Notes: generated from the letters alone by a model not told the origin. A stretch of 40,917 nt of DNA from a virus (IMGVR_UViG_2721755676_000008:1-40917); one strand, 5' to 3'; numbered from the stretch's first letter, positions 30,141-38,422 are shown. Program-made: numbers and translations.

Positions 30141-30530
30141 TCAGGCGGCTGCACCCGCCGGTTTCTCATACTTACTGATAGTGATCTCGACCTTCCCTTT
30201 CGGGATAACCGGTCCCCACTCCACCAGCATTCTTTTCACCTGTCTGTCGTCTTCCCACACACCCGCGTGGGTCAGGGCGTCAAACAGCGCCTTGTTATAG
30301 TTGTCCAGATCGCGGATCCGGTTATCCGGAGGAAACAACACGATCTCCACTGAAGCAGGTGCCGACGTTGGTTTCGGCAGACGACGTAACTGCTCAACTA
30401 TTGCTGCGCACGCCGCGCTCTGGAATTTTCGCCCCGCCGCGCTTATCAGGCTCTTACCAGCAAACGCCCCTTTGTTGGGGTGTCGCCAGTACGTGTTCAC
30501 ACTGGGCGGGAAAGGAAGGATCAACTTCAT
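30141..30530 (-). CDS. rusA: Holliday junction resolvase RusA
   Basis: 129-aa ORF; MKLILPFPPSVNTYWRH... and conserved acidic residues characteristic of RusA; nin-region position. Confidence 0.85.
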   Translation of the reverse strand: MKLILPFPPSVNTYWRHPNKGAFAGKSLISAAGRKFQSAACAAIVEQLRRLPKPTSAPASVEIVLFPPDNRIRDLDNYNKALFDALTHAGVWEDDRQVKRMLVEWGPVIPKGKVEITISKYEKPAGAAA

Positions 30531-30853
30531 ACTTTCAAGCCCCTCTCATGTAACCAGTGGGCTGCACGCAACCTGGCGTTCTCCTCACCGGCAAGCAGTG
30601 CGCGGATGATACCGACCGCTTCGCTGTCGTCGTCCTTCACTGCGGTATGAAGCGTTATCCCCCGGGCCACGCCACGCTTTATCGTGATGACGCCTTTTTT
30701 CTCCAGTGCGCGAAGATGCTCCACCGCTGCATTCACCGAACGGTATCCCAGCATGGTTGCCACCTCCTGATTGGTTGGCGGGAAGCCACGTTCTTTCTGA
30801 TAAGAAATCAGCATATCCAGCACCTGCTGCTGGCATTGAGTTAACGTCGTCAT
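30527..30853 (-). CDS. LexA-type DNA-binding-domain protein lacking the S24 peptidase domain
   Basis: 108-aa ORF; N-terminal ~70 aa follow the LexA winged-helix pattern (QQQVLDMLISYQKERGFPPTNQEVATMLGYRSVNAAVEHLRALEKKGVITIKRGVARGITL); no Ser-Lys autocleavage domain. Confidence 0.55.
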   Translation of the reverse strand: MTTLTQCQQQVLDMLISYQKERGFPPTNQEVATMLGYRSVNAAVEHLRALEKKGVITIKRGVARGITLHTAVKDDDSEAVGIIRALLAGEENARLRAAHWLHERGLKV

Positions 30854-31536
30854 GCCGCCATCTCCCTGACCAGTTTTTCTGCCTGCTGGCGAACCTGCGC
30901 CAGAAACGCCTCACCACATGCCTCAAGTTCATCGCGCCCGATGTAGCTGATTGCCGGTCCCTTCCAGGTCTTGTCGAAAACAGCAATAGCACCAGCGAAG
31001 AAAGCGCCTGTCGGCACCTGCTTCTCGTCCTTCGGGATAAACCAGGCAGGCAGTTCAAAACCAATACGCCCGCGAATAAAAGCAATATGATCTGCATCTT
31101 CCGGCCACCACACTTCGCTGGTGGCAGCTTTGATCAGGAAAACATAGCGTCCGCCCTTATCACGCATGGCACTGGCATGCTTCATGATGTAACGCATGCC
31201 GGTGATGTATTGCCCTTCATGCTGACTGGCGCGGCTGTATGGGGGATTACCAAAGGCAGCCCCTTTAAGCTCCGCAAGACGTTCTGACCAGTCATGCGCC
31301 AGCGCGTTGTCTTCCGCCGTGTAATACGCGGCACATTTGGCGTTATCACCGTCAGTGAACAGATCCAGAACAAACGGACCAAACAGGGTGTTAATTCCCC
31401 AGAAAATGTTGTCCGGCGTGCGCCACTGATCGCCCACTTCCTTCAGTTCATGGGCTGGTTTGTTCCGCAGTTCCACCAGCGCCTGGCAATATTTATTACT
31501 CATTAAGCCCCCACGTAATTCCCTGACAGATACCAC
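30850..31536 (-). CDS. Phage-type DNA N6-adenine methyltransferase (Dam-like)
   Basis: 228-aa ORF with NPPY motif (FGNPPYS); nin-region location typical of lambdoid Dam-like methylases. Confidence 0.75.
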   Translation of the reverse strand: MVSVRELRGGLMSNKYCQALVELRNKPAHELKEVGDQWRTPDNIFWGINTLFGPFVLDLFTDGDNAKCAAYYTAEDNALAHDWSERLAELKGAAFGNPPYSRASQHEGQYITGMRYIMKHASAMRDKGGRYVFLIKAATSEVWWPEDADHIAFIRGRIGFELPAWFIPKDEKQVPTGAFFAGAIAVFDKTWKGPAISYIGRDELEACGEAFLAQVRQQAEKLVREMAA

Positions 31537-31997
31537 TCTTCACCCGATACAGCGCGCTTGCTGCTTTTCCGTAAACACCGCTCACGACGCGCAAGAAAAT
31601 TGTTTCGCTCTTGCTGGGAGTGGCTTTCACGGAATGCCGCCATCCACACCGTTGCAGCACGACGGTATAAGCCCCTGGACTCCAGTCCTTCCGCCTGGCG
31701 GGTCAGGCACAAAATCACCCGGGGATCGTTAGTGCCGACATAGAAATTGCGCACAGGTCTGGATTCACGAACTGGTTGCGGTTCCGGCTCCTGCGGTATC
31801 TCAGTCAGCCGCGGGAAATGTCTGCGTGTATCCCCTTCACAACGGTGAGCCACACGCCCACTCTGACGTAACTTGCTTGCTGACTGCAGAACGCGCTGCC
31901 GTGAGTAACCTGCAAAAGCATCCGCAATGTCTCCGGAAGTACACCCCGGATGGGCTTCAATGAATTTCTGAACTTCATTCAAAAGACTCATGCTCAC
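31503..31997 (-). CDS. PerC-family-like transcriptional regulator with N-terminal winged-helix extension
   Basis: 164-aa ORF; C-terminal LESRGLYRRAATVWMAAF matches the PerC/Pch signature as recalled; N-terminal HTH-like region. Confidence 0.45.
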   Translation of the reverse strand: MSMSLLNEVQKFIEAHPGCTSGDIADAFAGYSRQRVLQSASKLRQSGRVAHRCEGDTRRHFPRLTEIPQEPEPQPVRESRPVRNFYVGTNDPRVILCLTRQAEGLESRGLYRRAATVWMAAFRESHSQQERNNFLARRERCLRKSSKRAVSGEEWYLSGNYVGA

Positions 31998-32812
31998 CCC
32001 CTGAATCCTGCCGGGATCTGGCTGTAGTCCACGTTGTCGTAACTGGCTTTGAAGTACGGGTCCTCGCGTCTGGCTGCAGATACCGCAGGAACTTCCCAGG
32101 GTTCTTCGAAATGACGATCCGGGCCAAAGAACGTGACAGCCTGTTTCACAAATTGTGTGCCGCTGTTACCCATCGCAGATACCCAGCCCGCGTAGCGTTT
32201 CACACCTTCCAGCATGGTTTCGGGTTTTACCCCCTCATTCAAACGGGCTTTCCAGGCTTTGAAGGCTGCAGATTTTGAATTGCCACCAGCACGTTTGGGG
32301 TATGCCAGCCATGCCTGCTCAAACTCCGGAGAGTATTCCGGTCGGTTTGAACGAACTCGCACAGACTCATCAGCAGATGCACCAACAGCTATTGGTTCAT
32401 TGACTGGTTCTTTGACTGGTTCAAAAGAGTGACTGGTTCTGGGTGAATCTCCTGCACTACCCCCTGGTGCAACTCCTGCACTACCTGGTGAATTTGCTGC
32501 ACCAGATAGTGAATTATTTGCACTACCCCCTAGTGAATCTCCTGCACCATCAAGATGAAGGAGATAGATATTACTTGAGTTACCTTTTTCACCTTTCCGG
32601 GTGACTTTTTTTACCAGCCCGGACTCACAAAGGGCCGCAATATGATTCATCACAGAACGTTTGCTAATCTCGCACTGGTCAGCAATATGCTGGTAGCTGG
32701 GCCAGCACTCACCCTGATCGCTGGCATTATCAGCCAGCTTGATCAGAACCAGTTTTCGCAATGGATTACCCACTCGAATTTTCATCGCTTTAACCATCAG
32801 CTCCATACTCAT
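31994..32812 (-). CDS. Replication initiation protein (N-terminal HTH, Gly/Ser-rich linker, C-terminal domain); O-like
   Basis: 272-aa ORF; N-terminal HTH (SYQHIADQCEISKRSVMNHIAAL); DNA iterons inside the linker-coding region, as for lambda O/ori. Confidence 0.65.
   Translation of the reverse strand: MSMELMVKAMKIRVGNPLRKLVLIKLADNASDQGECWPSYQHIADQCEISKRSVMNHIAALCESGLVKKVTRKGEKGNSSNIYLLHLDGAGDSLGGSANNSLSGAANSPGSAGVAPGGSAGDSPRTSHSFEPVKEPVNEPIAVGASADESVRVRSNRPEYSPEFEQAWLAYPKRAGGNSKSAAFKAWKARLNEGVKPETMLEGVKRYAGWVSAMGNSGTQFVKQAVTFFGPDRHFEEPWEVPAVSAARREDPYFKASYDNVDYSQIPAGFRG
32395..32550. repeat. Iteron array (candidate origin of replication) inside the replication gene
   Basis: Three copies of tgactggttc (32401, 32414, 32431) then about five copies of a ~21-bp unit (c)tcctgcactacc(ccc)tggtg (from about 32449 to 32548), followed by an AT-richer tract. 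Confidence 0.5.
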
Positions 32813-33033
32813 GCTGCACCTCCGAGATGCTTCATGTTTTTTCCGGAGCGAAAGGTTATAAGCGGCATACTGACGCGGTAATTACGGCCCAGCGGTTCAC
32901 AAATCACCTTCTGACATTCACGGTCCACCAGGCTAACACGTAGAACATGCCCTGCAGGTGTGGTGTACCACTGACCCGGACGAGGACAACGGAAAGTCTG
33001 ATTGGTAAACCGTTTGAAAATATTCCGGATCAT
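32809..33033 (-). CDS. Hypothetical small protein, translationally coupled between the Rha-like gene and the replication gene
   Basis: 74-aa ORF with start and stop overlapping both neighbours. Confidence 0.35.
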   Translation of the reverse strand: MIRNIFKRFTNQTFRCPRPGQWYTTPAGHVLRVSLVDRECQKVICEPLGRNYRVSMPLITFRSGKNMKHLGGAA

Positions 33034-34178
33034 TTGCGCCCCCTTACCTCTGAAGGGTTCAGCGACAAATTTATGAGGCAGGCCAGTGCCGAAGCATCAT
33101 TAATATAGTCATACAAGCTAACAGCCAGCGGAGATTCGGCTTTTGCCAACATAGGATAAAGCTGCTGCAGCCAGACCTGATGAATTGATGAAATGTAGGA
33201 ATAGAGAACGCTGGCGTTATGTGCAACGTCGCTCAGTACAGAGGGATTTGAAAGCTGTTTCTCCATCTGGTTAAAGGCATTGATGTATGCCTCTTTGAAC
33301 TGGGCAGCACGTTTACCCGTGAAACCCATAGCAAGAAACGCAAAGCCGTCGCGGGTTATTTGATAGCAAGGTAGTTTGCGGCCTGTGCAATCGGTGTAAT
33401 CACTCACCGAAAAATTGCGGGAAGTGAATGATGCAGAGCATTCAAGCGTGCGGATCTTTTTCAGTACATCGTCATGACGTTTGGAGAAGAAGTTGGCAAC
33501 AGCCAGGGATGAAGTAACAGCCTGACCATCAACGATGGCAATTTCAGGTTGAGTGAGGGTTGGGATCGTAGCCATGATGGCAGCCTCCGATAACAGTGAA
33601 TTACCTTCACCACCGGAAACGCCAATTTCGCTGGTGGTGAACTGAACGGGGTTGGCGTAACCGGCGTTATCGGAAACCGGCGCACCTTTCGGTGCCCCCG
33701 TCCAGCCCACCATAATTTGGGTGTGCACAGACGCAGACGATAAAAAAGACGCTGGCGCGTCATATATCGCCGATAACATTTCCAGGACGCCAATCCCGGC
33801 ACCCGCTTTATAAGGTGCCTGAACAGTGTAACGTCCCGGAATGGCAGAATCAATGTGCTGGTGGTCCTTCACACTCAACAAAATCACGCCTGAATTTCCA
33901 CAAAGGACTAAAGCACTCATGCGGGTAGTCTTTGCGAAGATAGATAACGCGCTGTGTTTCTGGCTCCCAACGAATAACATGGACATAAAGCCCTCTTCCG
34001 TCACGAAACCAGCGGTTAAGTTCCTGCACAACTCGCCCCCCACAGTCAGGTAAAGTTCTCTGTGGTTACTTACAGCCAGGTGATCTGGTAATCTGCATTC
34101 ATGCCGTAACAACAGGTGTTCAGCGACACTGACCACCAGCTGTTGCGACAAACGGTTATTTGCCGTTAAACTGTTCAT
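33030..34178 (-). CDS. Rha-family phage regulatory protein (Rha domain in the C-terminal half; N-terminal ~200 aa of unknown function)
   Basis: 382-aa ORF; Rha-like core around PEIAIVDGQAVTSSLAVANFFSKRHDDVLKKIRTLE; internal ATG at 33575 preceded by GGAGG could be an alternative start; ORF start overlaps the stop of the upstream gene. Confidence 0.55.
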   Translation of the reverse strand: MNSLTANNRLSQQLVVSVAEHLLLRHECRLPDHLAVSNHRELYLTVGGELCRNLTAGFVTEEGFMSMLFVGSQKHSALSIFAKTTRMSALVLCGNSGVILLSVKDHQHIDSAIPGRYTVQAPYKAGAGIGVLEMLSAIYDAPASFLSSASVHTQIMVGWTGAPKGAPVSDNAGYANPVQFTTSEIGVSGGEGNSLLSEAAIMATIPTLTQPEIAIVDGQAVTSSLAVANFFSKRHDDVLKKIRTLECSASFTSRNFSVSDYTDCTGRKLPCYQITRDGFAFLAMGFTGKRAAQFKEAYINAFNQMEKQLSNPSVLSDVAHNASVLYSYISSIHQVWLQQLYPMLAKAESPLAVSLYDYINDASALACLINLSLNPSEVRGRK

Positions 34179-34726
34179 GCGTTAGTTTCTCCACAGACAC
34201 AAAACGCCACGACGCCCGGAGCTGCACACTCGCGGGCGTCACTCTTTTCTGGAGCGCAGAAGATTTTGTAGACCAGTGCTGCATGCTCCTGGAGCTTCGA
34301 AATTGACAGATACAACTCATCATTAATTGCTGTCTGCTCGTGTGGCTCCACGACCCCATCTTCGATTGCCGAACGAATCTGCTTTGAGTAATTCCCGATC
34401 TGTTCGATGACTTCCAGCAGGCGCTGGTTTATATCGGCGTTCTCTACTTCCTCAATTTCAGGAAGCGATACGAACACCCCACCAGCAGATTGTGCGACAG
34501 CATCCGCAATGTAGTGAGTGCCAGCCGCGCGCTGTAAAACCATTGCCCATCCCAGCGGGAAAATCTGATCGCCATCTGCACGAAGGCGGTTGAATAAAGC
34601 GTTCTCTGTTACATCCAGCCAGTTAGCAGCTTCAGCGTAACCCCCAGGCAATGCCGCGATAGTTTTTCTGACAGCTTTCACGTACCACTCAGGTTGTTTT
34701 TCCACTTTCCAATGATGCTTACCCAC
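34175..34726 (-). CDS. CII-like early regulator (in the cII position, directly downstream of cro)
   Basis: 183-aa ORF overlapping the cro-like stop; assigned mainly by position. Confidence 0.4.
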   Translation of the reverse strand: MGKHHWKVEKQPEWYVKAVRKTIAALPGGYAEAANWLDVTENALFNRLRADGDQIFPLGWAMVLQRAAGTHYIADAVAQSAGGVFVSLPEIEEVENADINQRLLEVIEQIGNYSKQIRSAIEDGVVEPHEQTAINDELYLSISKLQEHAALVYKIFCAPEKSDARECAAPGVVAFCVCGETNA

Positions 34727-34979
34727 GGCTTACCTCCTGTTCCTGTGGTTTAAACCCATTCTGGTTTTGGCTAGATTGAAAACGTGCCGGATAAAGAATC
34801 TGCATTTCGCTGATTTCACCCTTAAAAAAATTGGCCAGACGTTCTGCAAGATCGATAGATGGAATTTGTTCCAGTCTTTCAATACGACTCAGCGTCGCTG
34901 GATTGACCTGAACGCCCGCAGCAACATGCTGCAAAGTAAATCCGTGCGCCTTACGCACATTCCGTAATGGTGATTGCAT
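34719..34979 (-). CDS. cro: Cro-like HTH repressor
   Basis: 86-aa ORF divergent from cI; HTH HGFTLQHVAAGVQVNPATLSRIE. Confidence 0.7.
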   Translation of the reverse strand: MQSPLRNVRKAHGFTLQHVAAGVQVNPATLSRIERLEQIPSIDLAERLANFFKGEISEMQILYPARFQSSQNQNGFKPQEQEVSRG

Positions 34980-35076
34980 ATAACCTCCACATATTGCGTG
35001 ATGAGCATATTATTTCACGCAAATATTTTGCGCAAGTTGATTTGCTTAACGCGCAATAAAGAAATGTAATAAACGC
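34980..35076. promoter_or_regulatory. Immunity-region operator/promoter (oR with divergent pRM/pR-like promoters)
   Basis: 97-bp divergent intergenic region with repeated TTGCG / CGCAA half-sites (ttgcgtga, tcacgcaa-atatt-ttgcgcaa, taacgcgcaa) and AT-rich -10-like hexamers. Confidence 0.6.
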
Positions 35077-35769
35077 ATGAACATAGGAAATCGAGTCAGA
35101 CAACTTCGCCAGGCGAAGAACATGAAAATCGCCGATCTCGCTGAAGCAATAGGAGTGGATGCGGCGAATATCTCGCGCCTCGAAACAGGTAAGCAGAAAC
35201 AATTCACTGAACAAGCCCTGAGTAATATTGCCAGGAGCTTAGGTGTTGATATTGCTGATCTCTTTACCTCAGACCTCAAAAGTAATACTGTATGTAAAAA
35301 CAGTATTAGTGAGGATGTTGCGCAGGTGAAGGATGTATTCCGTATTGAAATGCTGGATGTCAGTGCCAGTGCGGGAAATGGCCTTATCCAGGGCGGTGAT
35401 GTCATTGATGTGATTCATGCCATTGAATACAGAACTGATAATGCTGTATCGATGTTTGGTGGACGACCAGCAAATCACATTAAAGTTATCAACGTTCGTG
35501 GGGACAGTATGTGTCCAACCATTGAGCCAGGAGATCTCATCTTCGTTGATATCAGTATCAATCAGTTTGATGGGGATGGTATATATGTATTTGGTTTTGA
35601 TGATAAAATTTACGTCAAACGACTGCAAATGATACCTGATAAACTGCTGGTAATTTCTGATAATCAGATTTACCGCGAATGGGGAATTACCAGCGAAAAC
35701 GAACACCGGTTTATGGTCTTTGGAAAGGTCTTAATCAGTCAGTCACAAACCCTTAAGCGACACAATTAA
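35077..35769 (+). CDS. cI: CI-type prophage repressor (HTH plus S24 LexA-like peptidase domain)
   Basis: 230-aa ORF; N-terminal HTH (IADLAEAIGVDAANISRLETGK); C-terminal S24 peptidase motifs (VRGDSMCPTIEPGDLIFVD, catalytic Lys in FGKV). Confidence 0.85.
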   Translation: MNIGNRVRQLRQAKNMKIADLAEAIGVDAANISRLETGKQKQFTEQALSNIARSLGVDIADLFTSDLKSNTVCKNSISEDVAQVKDVFRIEMLDVSASAGNGLIQGGDVIDVIHAIEYRTDNAVSMFGGRPANHIKVINVRGDSMCPTIEPGDLIFVDISINQFDGDGIYVFGFDDKIYVKRLQMIPDKLLVISDNQIYREWGITSENEHRFMVFGKVLISQSQTLKRHN

Positions 35770-35790
35770 CCCCCTACCTCAACATCAATT

Positions 35791-35814
35791 AGCCACCAGA
35801 AGGTGGCTTTTCAT
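35791..35814 (+). terminator. Rho-independent terminator after cI
   Basis: agccacc-agaa-ggtggct followed by TTTTC, 22 bp after the cI stop. Confidence 0.6.
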
Positions 35815-35819
35815 TACTC

Positions 35820-35880
35820 ACGCTATTGCATGTCTCGCAATAAAATACTTGCACGTTACGCAATTTCATTTTATCTTTCT
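35820..35880. promoter_or_regulatory. Candidate oL/pL-like operator region
   Basis: attgcatgtctcgcaat and ttgcacgttacgcaat carry the same TTGC / CGCAA half-sites as the cI-cro operators, just downstream of the cI terminator. Confidence 0.35.
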
Positions 35881-36324
35881 TTCCAGACCAACAAACAAGG
35901 TCCTGACAAAATTTGGTTGTAACACGGCGTATGGCACATGCGTCGTTAGCGGTCTGGGGACGTTAAAGGGGACAATCCACTCCTTGCTCGGGCAAACAAA
36001 CCAGGTAGCCGGAATGTGCAAGTCAATGAGGATGCTGATAAGACGCCTAACCAGCGTGGCGATTCGGTTTGACGCCTGGGAAGAGACCAGGGTGCAACGA
36101 TGAGGGCATTTATGGAGCCGCGACAAAGTGTGGTGCCATAACTGGCTAAGTGCTCTCAGCGTTGTGGTAATCCGCGAAATGGCGCGGCGGTAAGTATGGC
36201 GGGGTTATCCTTACCCCATTAGTGGCACCGGGTTGTCAGGTTGACCATACGCTTAAGTGACAACCCCACCACAACAGCCACTGCTTTGGCGGTACCAGTT
36301 TGTACACTTGCTTCCGGCTGGTAC

Positions 36325-36423
36325 CGCTCTTTTTACAAAACAGAGAAGAGCATCACCGGACGACGGGCTCATAACCCAATCCACCCGGGCGGCTGCCACC
36401 GCAGGTGTTCTTCTCTGTTTTGT
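36325..36423 (+). promoter_or_regulatory. boxA-like motif followed by a long stem-loop in the early-left leader (candidate nut/put-like RNA element)
   Basis: CGCTCTTTTTACAA (36325-36338) resembles boxA; arms 36335-36352 (acaaaacagagaagagca) and 36406-36423 (tgttcttctctgttttgt) are complementary over 18 nt with one G-U; 53-nt GC-rich loop. Confidence 0.35.
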
Positions 36424-36471
36424 GGAGAAACCAACCGACCTTGCAGGGTCGATATGATGAGGAGCAGCAAA

Positions 36472-36834
36472 ATGGCTAGCGAACGCAGTACTGATGTGCA
36501 GGCATTTATCGGGGAGCTGGACGGCGGCGTATTTGAAACCAAAATCGGCGCAGTTCTCAGTGAAGTCGCTTCCGGTGTGATGAACACGAAAACCAAAGGT
36601 AAGGTCTCGCTCAACCTGGAAATCGAACCGTTTGATGAGAACCGTGTGAAAATCAAACACAAACTCTCATATGTTCGCCCGACTAACCGCGGGAAAATTT
36701 CCGAAGAAGACACCACCGAAACGCCGATGTATGTCAATCGCGGTGGTCGCCTGACTATTCTGCAGGAAGACCAGGGACAATTACTGACTCTTGCCGGTGA
36801 ACCTGACGGAAAACTCCGCGCAGCAGGTCATTAA
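36472..36834 (+). CDS. YfdP-like protein (unknown function)
   Basis: ORF 36241-36834; probable start ATG 36472 (MASERSTD...) preceded by GAGGAG, giving 120 aa; first gene of the operon downstream of cI. Confidence 0.55.
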   Translation: MASERSTDVQAFIGELDGGVFETKIGAVLSEVASGVMNTKTKGKVSLNLEIEPFDENRVKIKHKLSYVRPTNRGKISEEDTTETPMYVNRGGRLTILQEDQGQLLTLAGEPDGKLRAAGH

Positions 36835-36899
36835 TATCGTTCTTAATTAACTGATTATTTATCTCATCACTGAATATCTTTATATAGTGAGGACTTATT

Positions 36900-37724
36900 A
36901 TGTCTCAGAACTTAGACGCAACCGCAATTAATCAAATCCATGCCCTTATTTCTGCTCAGGGTGTTAATGAAATTATCAGTAAGATTGGTGCCGATGCTGT
37001 GGCATTGCCTGAGAATTTCCGCATTCATGATCTGGAAAAATTTAATTTAAATCGCTTCCGTTTCCGTGGTGCGCTTTCCACTGCCAGCATCGATGACTTT
37101 ACCCGTTATTCTAAAGATCTTGCAGATGAAGGCACCCGCTGCTTTATCGATGCCGATAATATGCGAGCCGTCAGTGTGCTTAACCTGGGTACTATTGATG
37201 AACCAGGTCACGCAGATAACACCGCCACCCTCAAACTGAAAAAGACAGCACCGTTTTCTGCTCTGTTGTCTGTTAATGGCGAGCGTAACTCCCAGAAGTC
37301 ACTGGCAGAATGGATTGAAGACTGGGCCGACTACCTTGTGGGCTTTGATGCTAATGGTGACACCATTCAGGCAACCAAAGCGGCTGCGGCAGTCCGTAAA
37401 ATCACAATTGAAGCAAACCAGACCGCTGATTTTGAAGACAATGACTTCAGCGGCAAACGCTCTCTGATGGAGTCTGTCGAAGCGAAAACCAAAGACATTA
37501 TGCCAGTGGCATTTGAATTTAAATGCGTTCCGTTTGAAGGCCTGAAAGAACGTCCGTTTAAATTACGCCTCAGCATTATCACTGGCGATCGTCCTGTACT
37601 GGTTCTGCGCATTATTCAGCTGGAAGCGGTGCAGGAAGAAATGGCTAACGAATTTCGTGATCTGCTTGTTGAGAAATTTAAAGACAGCAAAGTAGAAACA
37701 TTTATTGGTACTTTCACCGCCTGA
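36900..37724 (+). CDS. YfdQ-like protein (DUF2303 family)
   Basis: 274-aa ORF preceded by GAGGA; length and sequence resemble E. coli prophage protein YfdQ as recalled. Confidence 0.65.
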   Translation: MSQNLDATAINQIHALISAQGVNEIISKIGADAVALPENFRIHDLEKFNLNRFRFRGALSTASIDDFTRYSKDLADEGTRCFIDADNMRAVSVLNLGTIDEPGHADNTATLKLKKTAPFSALLSVNGERNSQKSLAEWIEDWADYLVGFDANGDTIQATKAAAAVRKITIEANQTADFEDNDFSGKRSLMESVEAKTKDIMPVAFEFKCVPFEGLKERPFKLRLSIITGDRPVLVLRIIQLEAVQEEMANEFRDLLVEKFKDSKVETFIGTFTA

Positions 37725-37736
37725 TTTCATTACTGC

Positions 37737-37758
37737 AAATGCCCCTGCGGGGGCATTT
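37737..37758 (+). terminator. Intergenic hairpin (terminator/attenuator) between the yfdQ-like and yfdR-like genes
   Basis: Perfect 9-bp stem aaatgcccc / ggggcattt with 4-nt loop; the 3' arm ends in TTT. Confidence 0.5.
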
Positions 37759-37851
37759 ATGGAAACATAATTTACTCAATAATCGCCGGATGGTGAGGGC
37801 TTCCTTTTACAAAAATTCAGCGCGGTGCAGCGCATATACGTGGAGAACAAA

Positions 37852-38388
37852 ATGTCATTTATTAAAACTTTTTCCGGGAAGCATTTTTATTATGACAAGA
37901 TAGATAAAGACGACATCGTTATTAACGATATCGCGGTTTCCCTTTCAAATATCTGTCGCTTTGCAGGACATCTTTCACACTTCTACAGCGTCGCCCAACA
38001 TGCGGTGCTTTGCAGCCAACTGGTACCGCAGGAATTTGCTTTTGAAGCGTTAATGCATGATGCAACAGAAGCGTATTGCCAGGATATTCCCGCTCCACTG
38101 AAACGCCTTCTTCCTGACTATAAACGGATGGAAGAAAAAATAGACGCCGTAATCCGTGAGAAATACGGGTTACCCCCGGTTATGAGCACGCCTGTGAAAT
38201 ATGCCGATCTCATCATGCTGGCAACCGAACGCCGCGATCTCGGGCTTGATGATGGCTCTTTCTGGCCAGTACTGGAAGGTATCCCGGCAACAGAGATGTT
38301 CAAAGTTATTCCACTGGCTCCGGGCCATGCCTACGGGATGTTTATGGAGCGCTTTAACGAGTTATCGGAGTTACGCACATGCGCATGA
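37852..38388 (+). CDS. HD-domain phosphohydrolase (YfdR-like 5'-deoxynucleotidase)
   Basis: ORF 37825-38388; probable start ATG 37852 (MSFIKTF...) preceded by GGAGA, giving 178 aa; HD motif (H...LMHDATEAY) and further His/Asp ligands. Confidence 0.75.
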   Translation: MSFIKTFSGKHFYYDKIDKDDIVINDIAVSLSNICRFAGHLSHFYSVAQHAVLCSQLVPQEFAFEALMHDATEAYCQDIPAPLKRLLPDYKRMEEKIDAVIREKYGLPPVMSTPVKYADLIMLATERRDLGLDDGSFWPVLEGIPATEMFKVIPLAPGHAYGMFMERFNELSELRTCA

Positions 38389-38422
38389 GTCTTTCAACCG
38401 AACAATCACTGGAGGGGCAGCA

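Noticed and set aside
35849-36126. 84-aa plus-strand and 86-aa minus-strand ORFs in the leader after cI
   Set aside because: Mutually overlapping on opposite strands, no SD, no domain features; region better explained as structured untranslated leader
36241-36471. N-terminal 77-codon extension of the yfdP-like ORF
   Set aside because: The extension runs through the 18-bp inverted repeat and lacks an SD, whereas ATG 36472 has a GAGGAG SD and gives a 120-aa product; the extension is probably untranslated
38201-38422. Longer 138-aa version of the AlpA-like ORF
   Set aside because: It would overlap the HD-domain gene by about 190 bp in another frame; the internal ATG at 38423 has a strong SD and begins exactly at the HTH domain. 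An approximately 120-aa alternative from ATG 38249/38252 cannot be fully excluded
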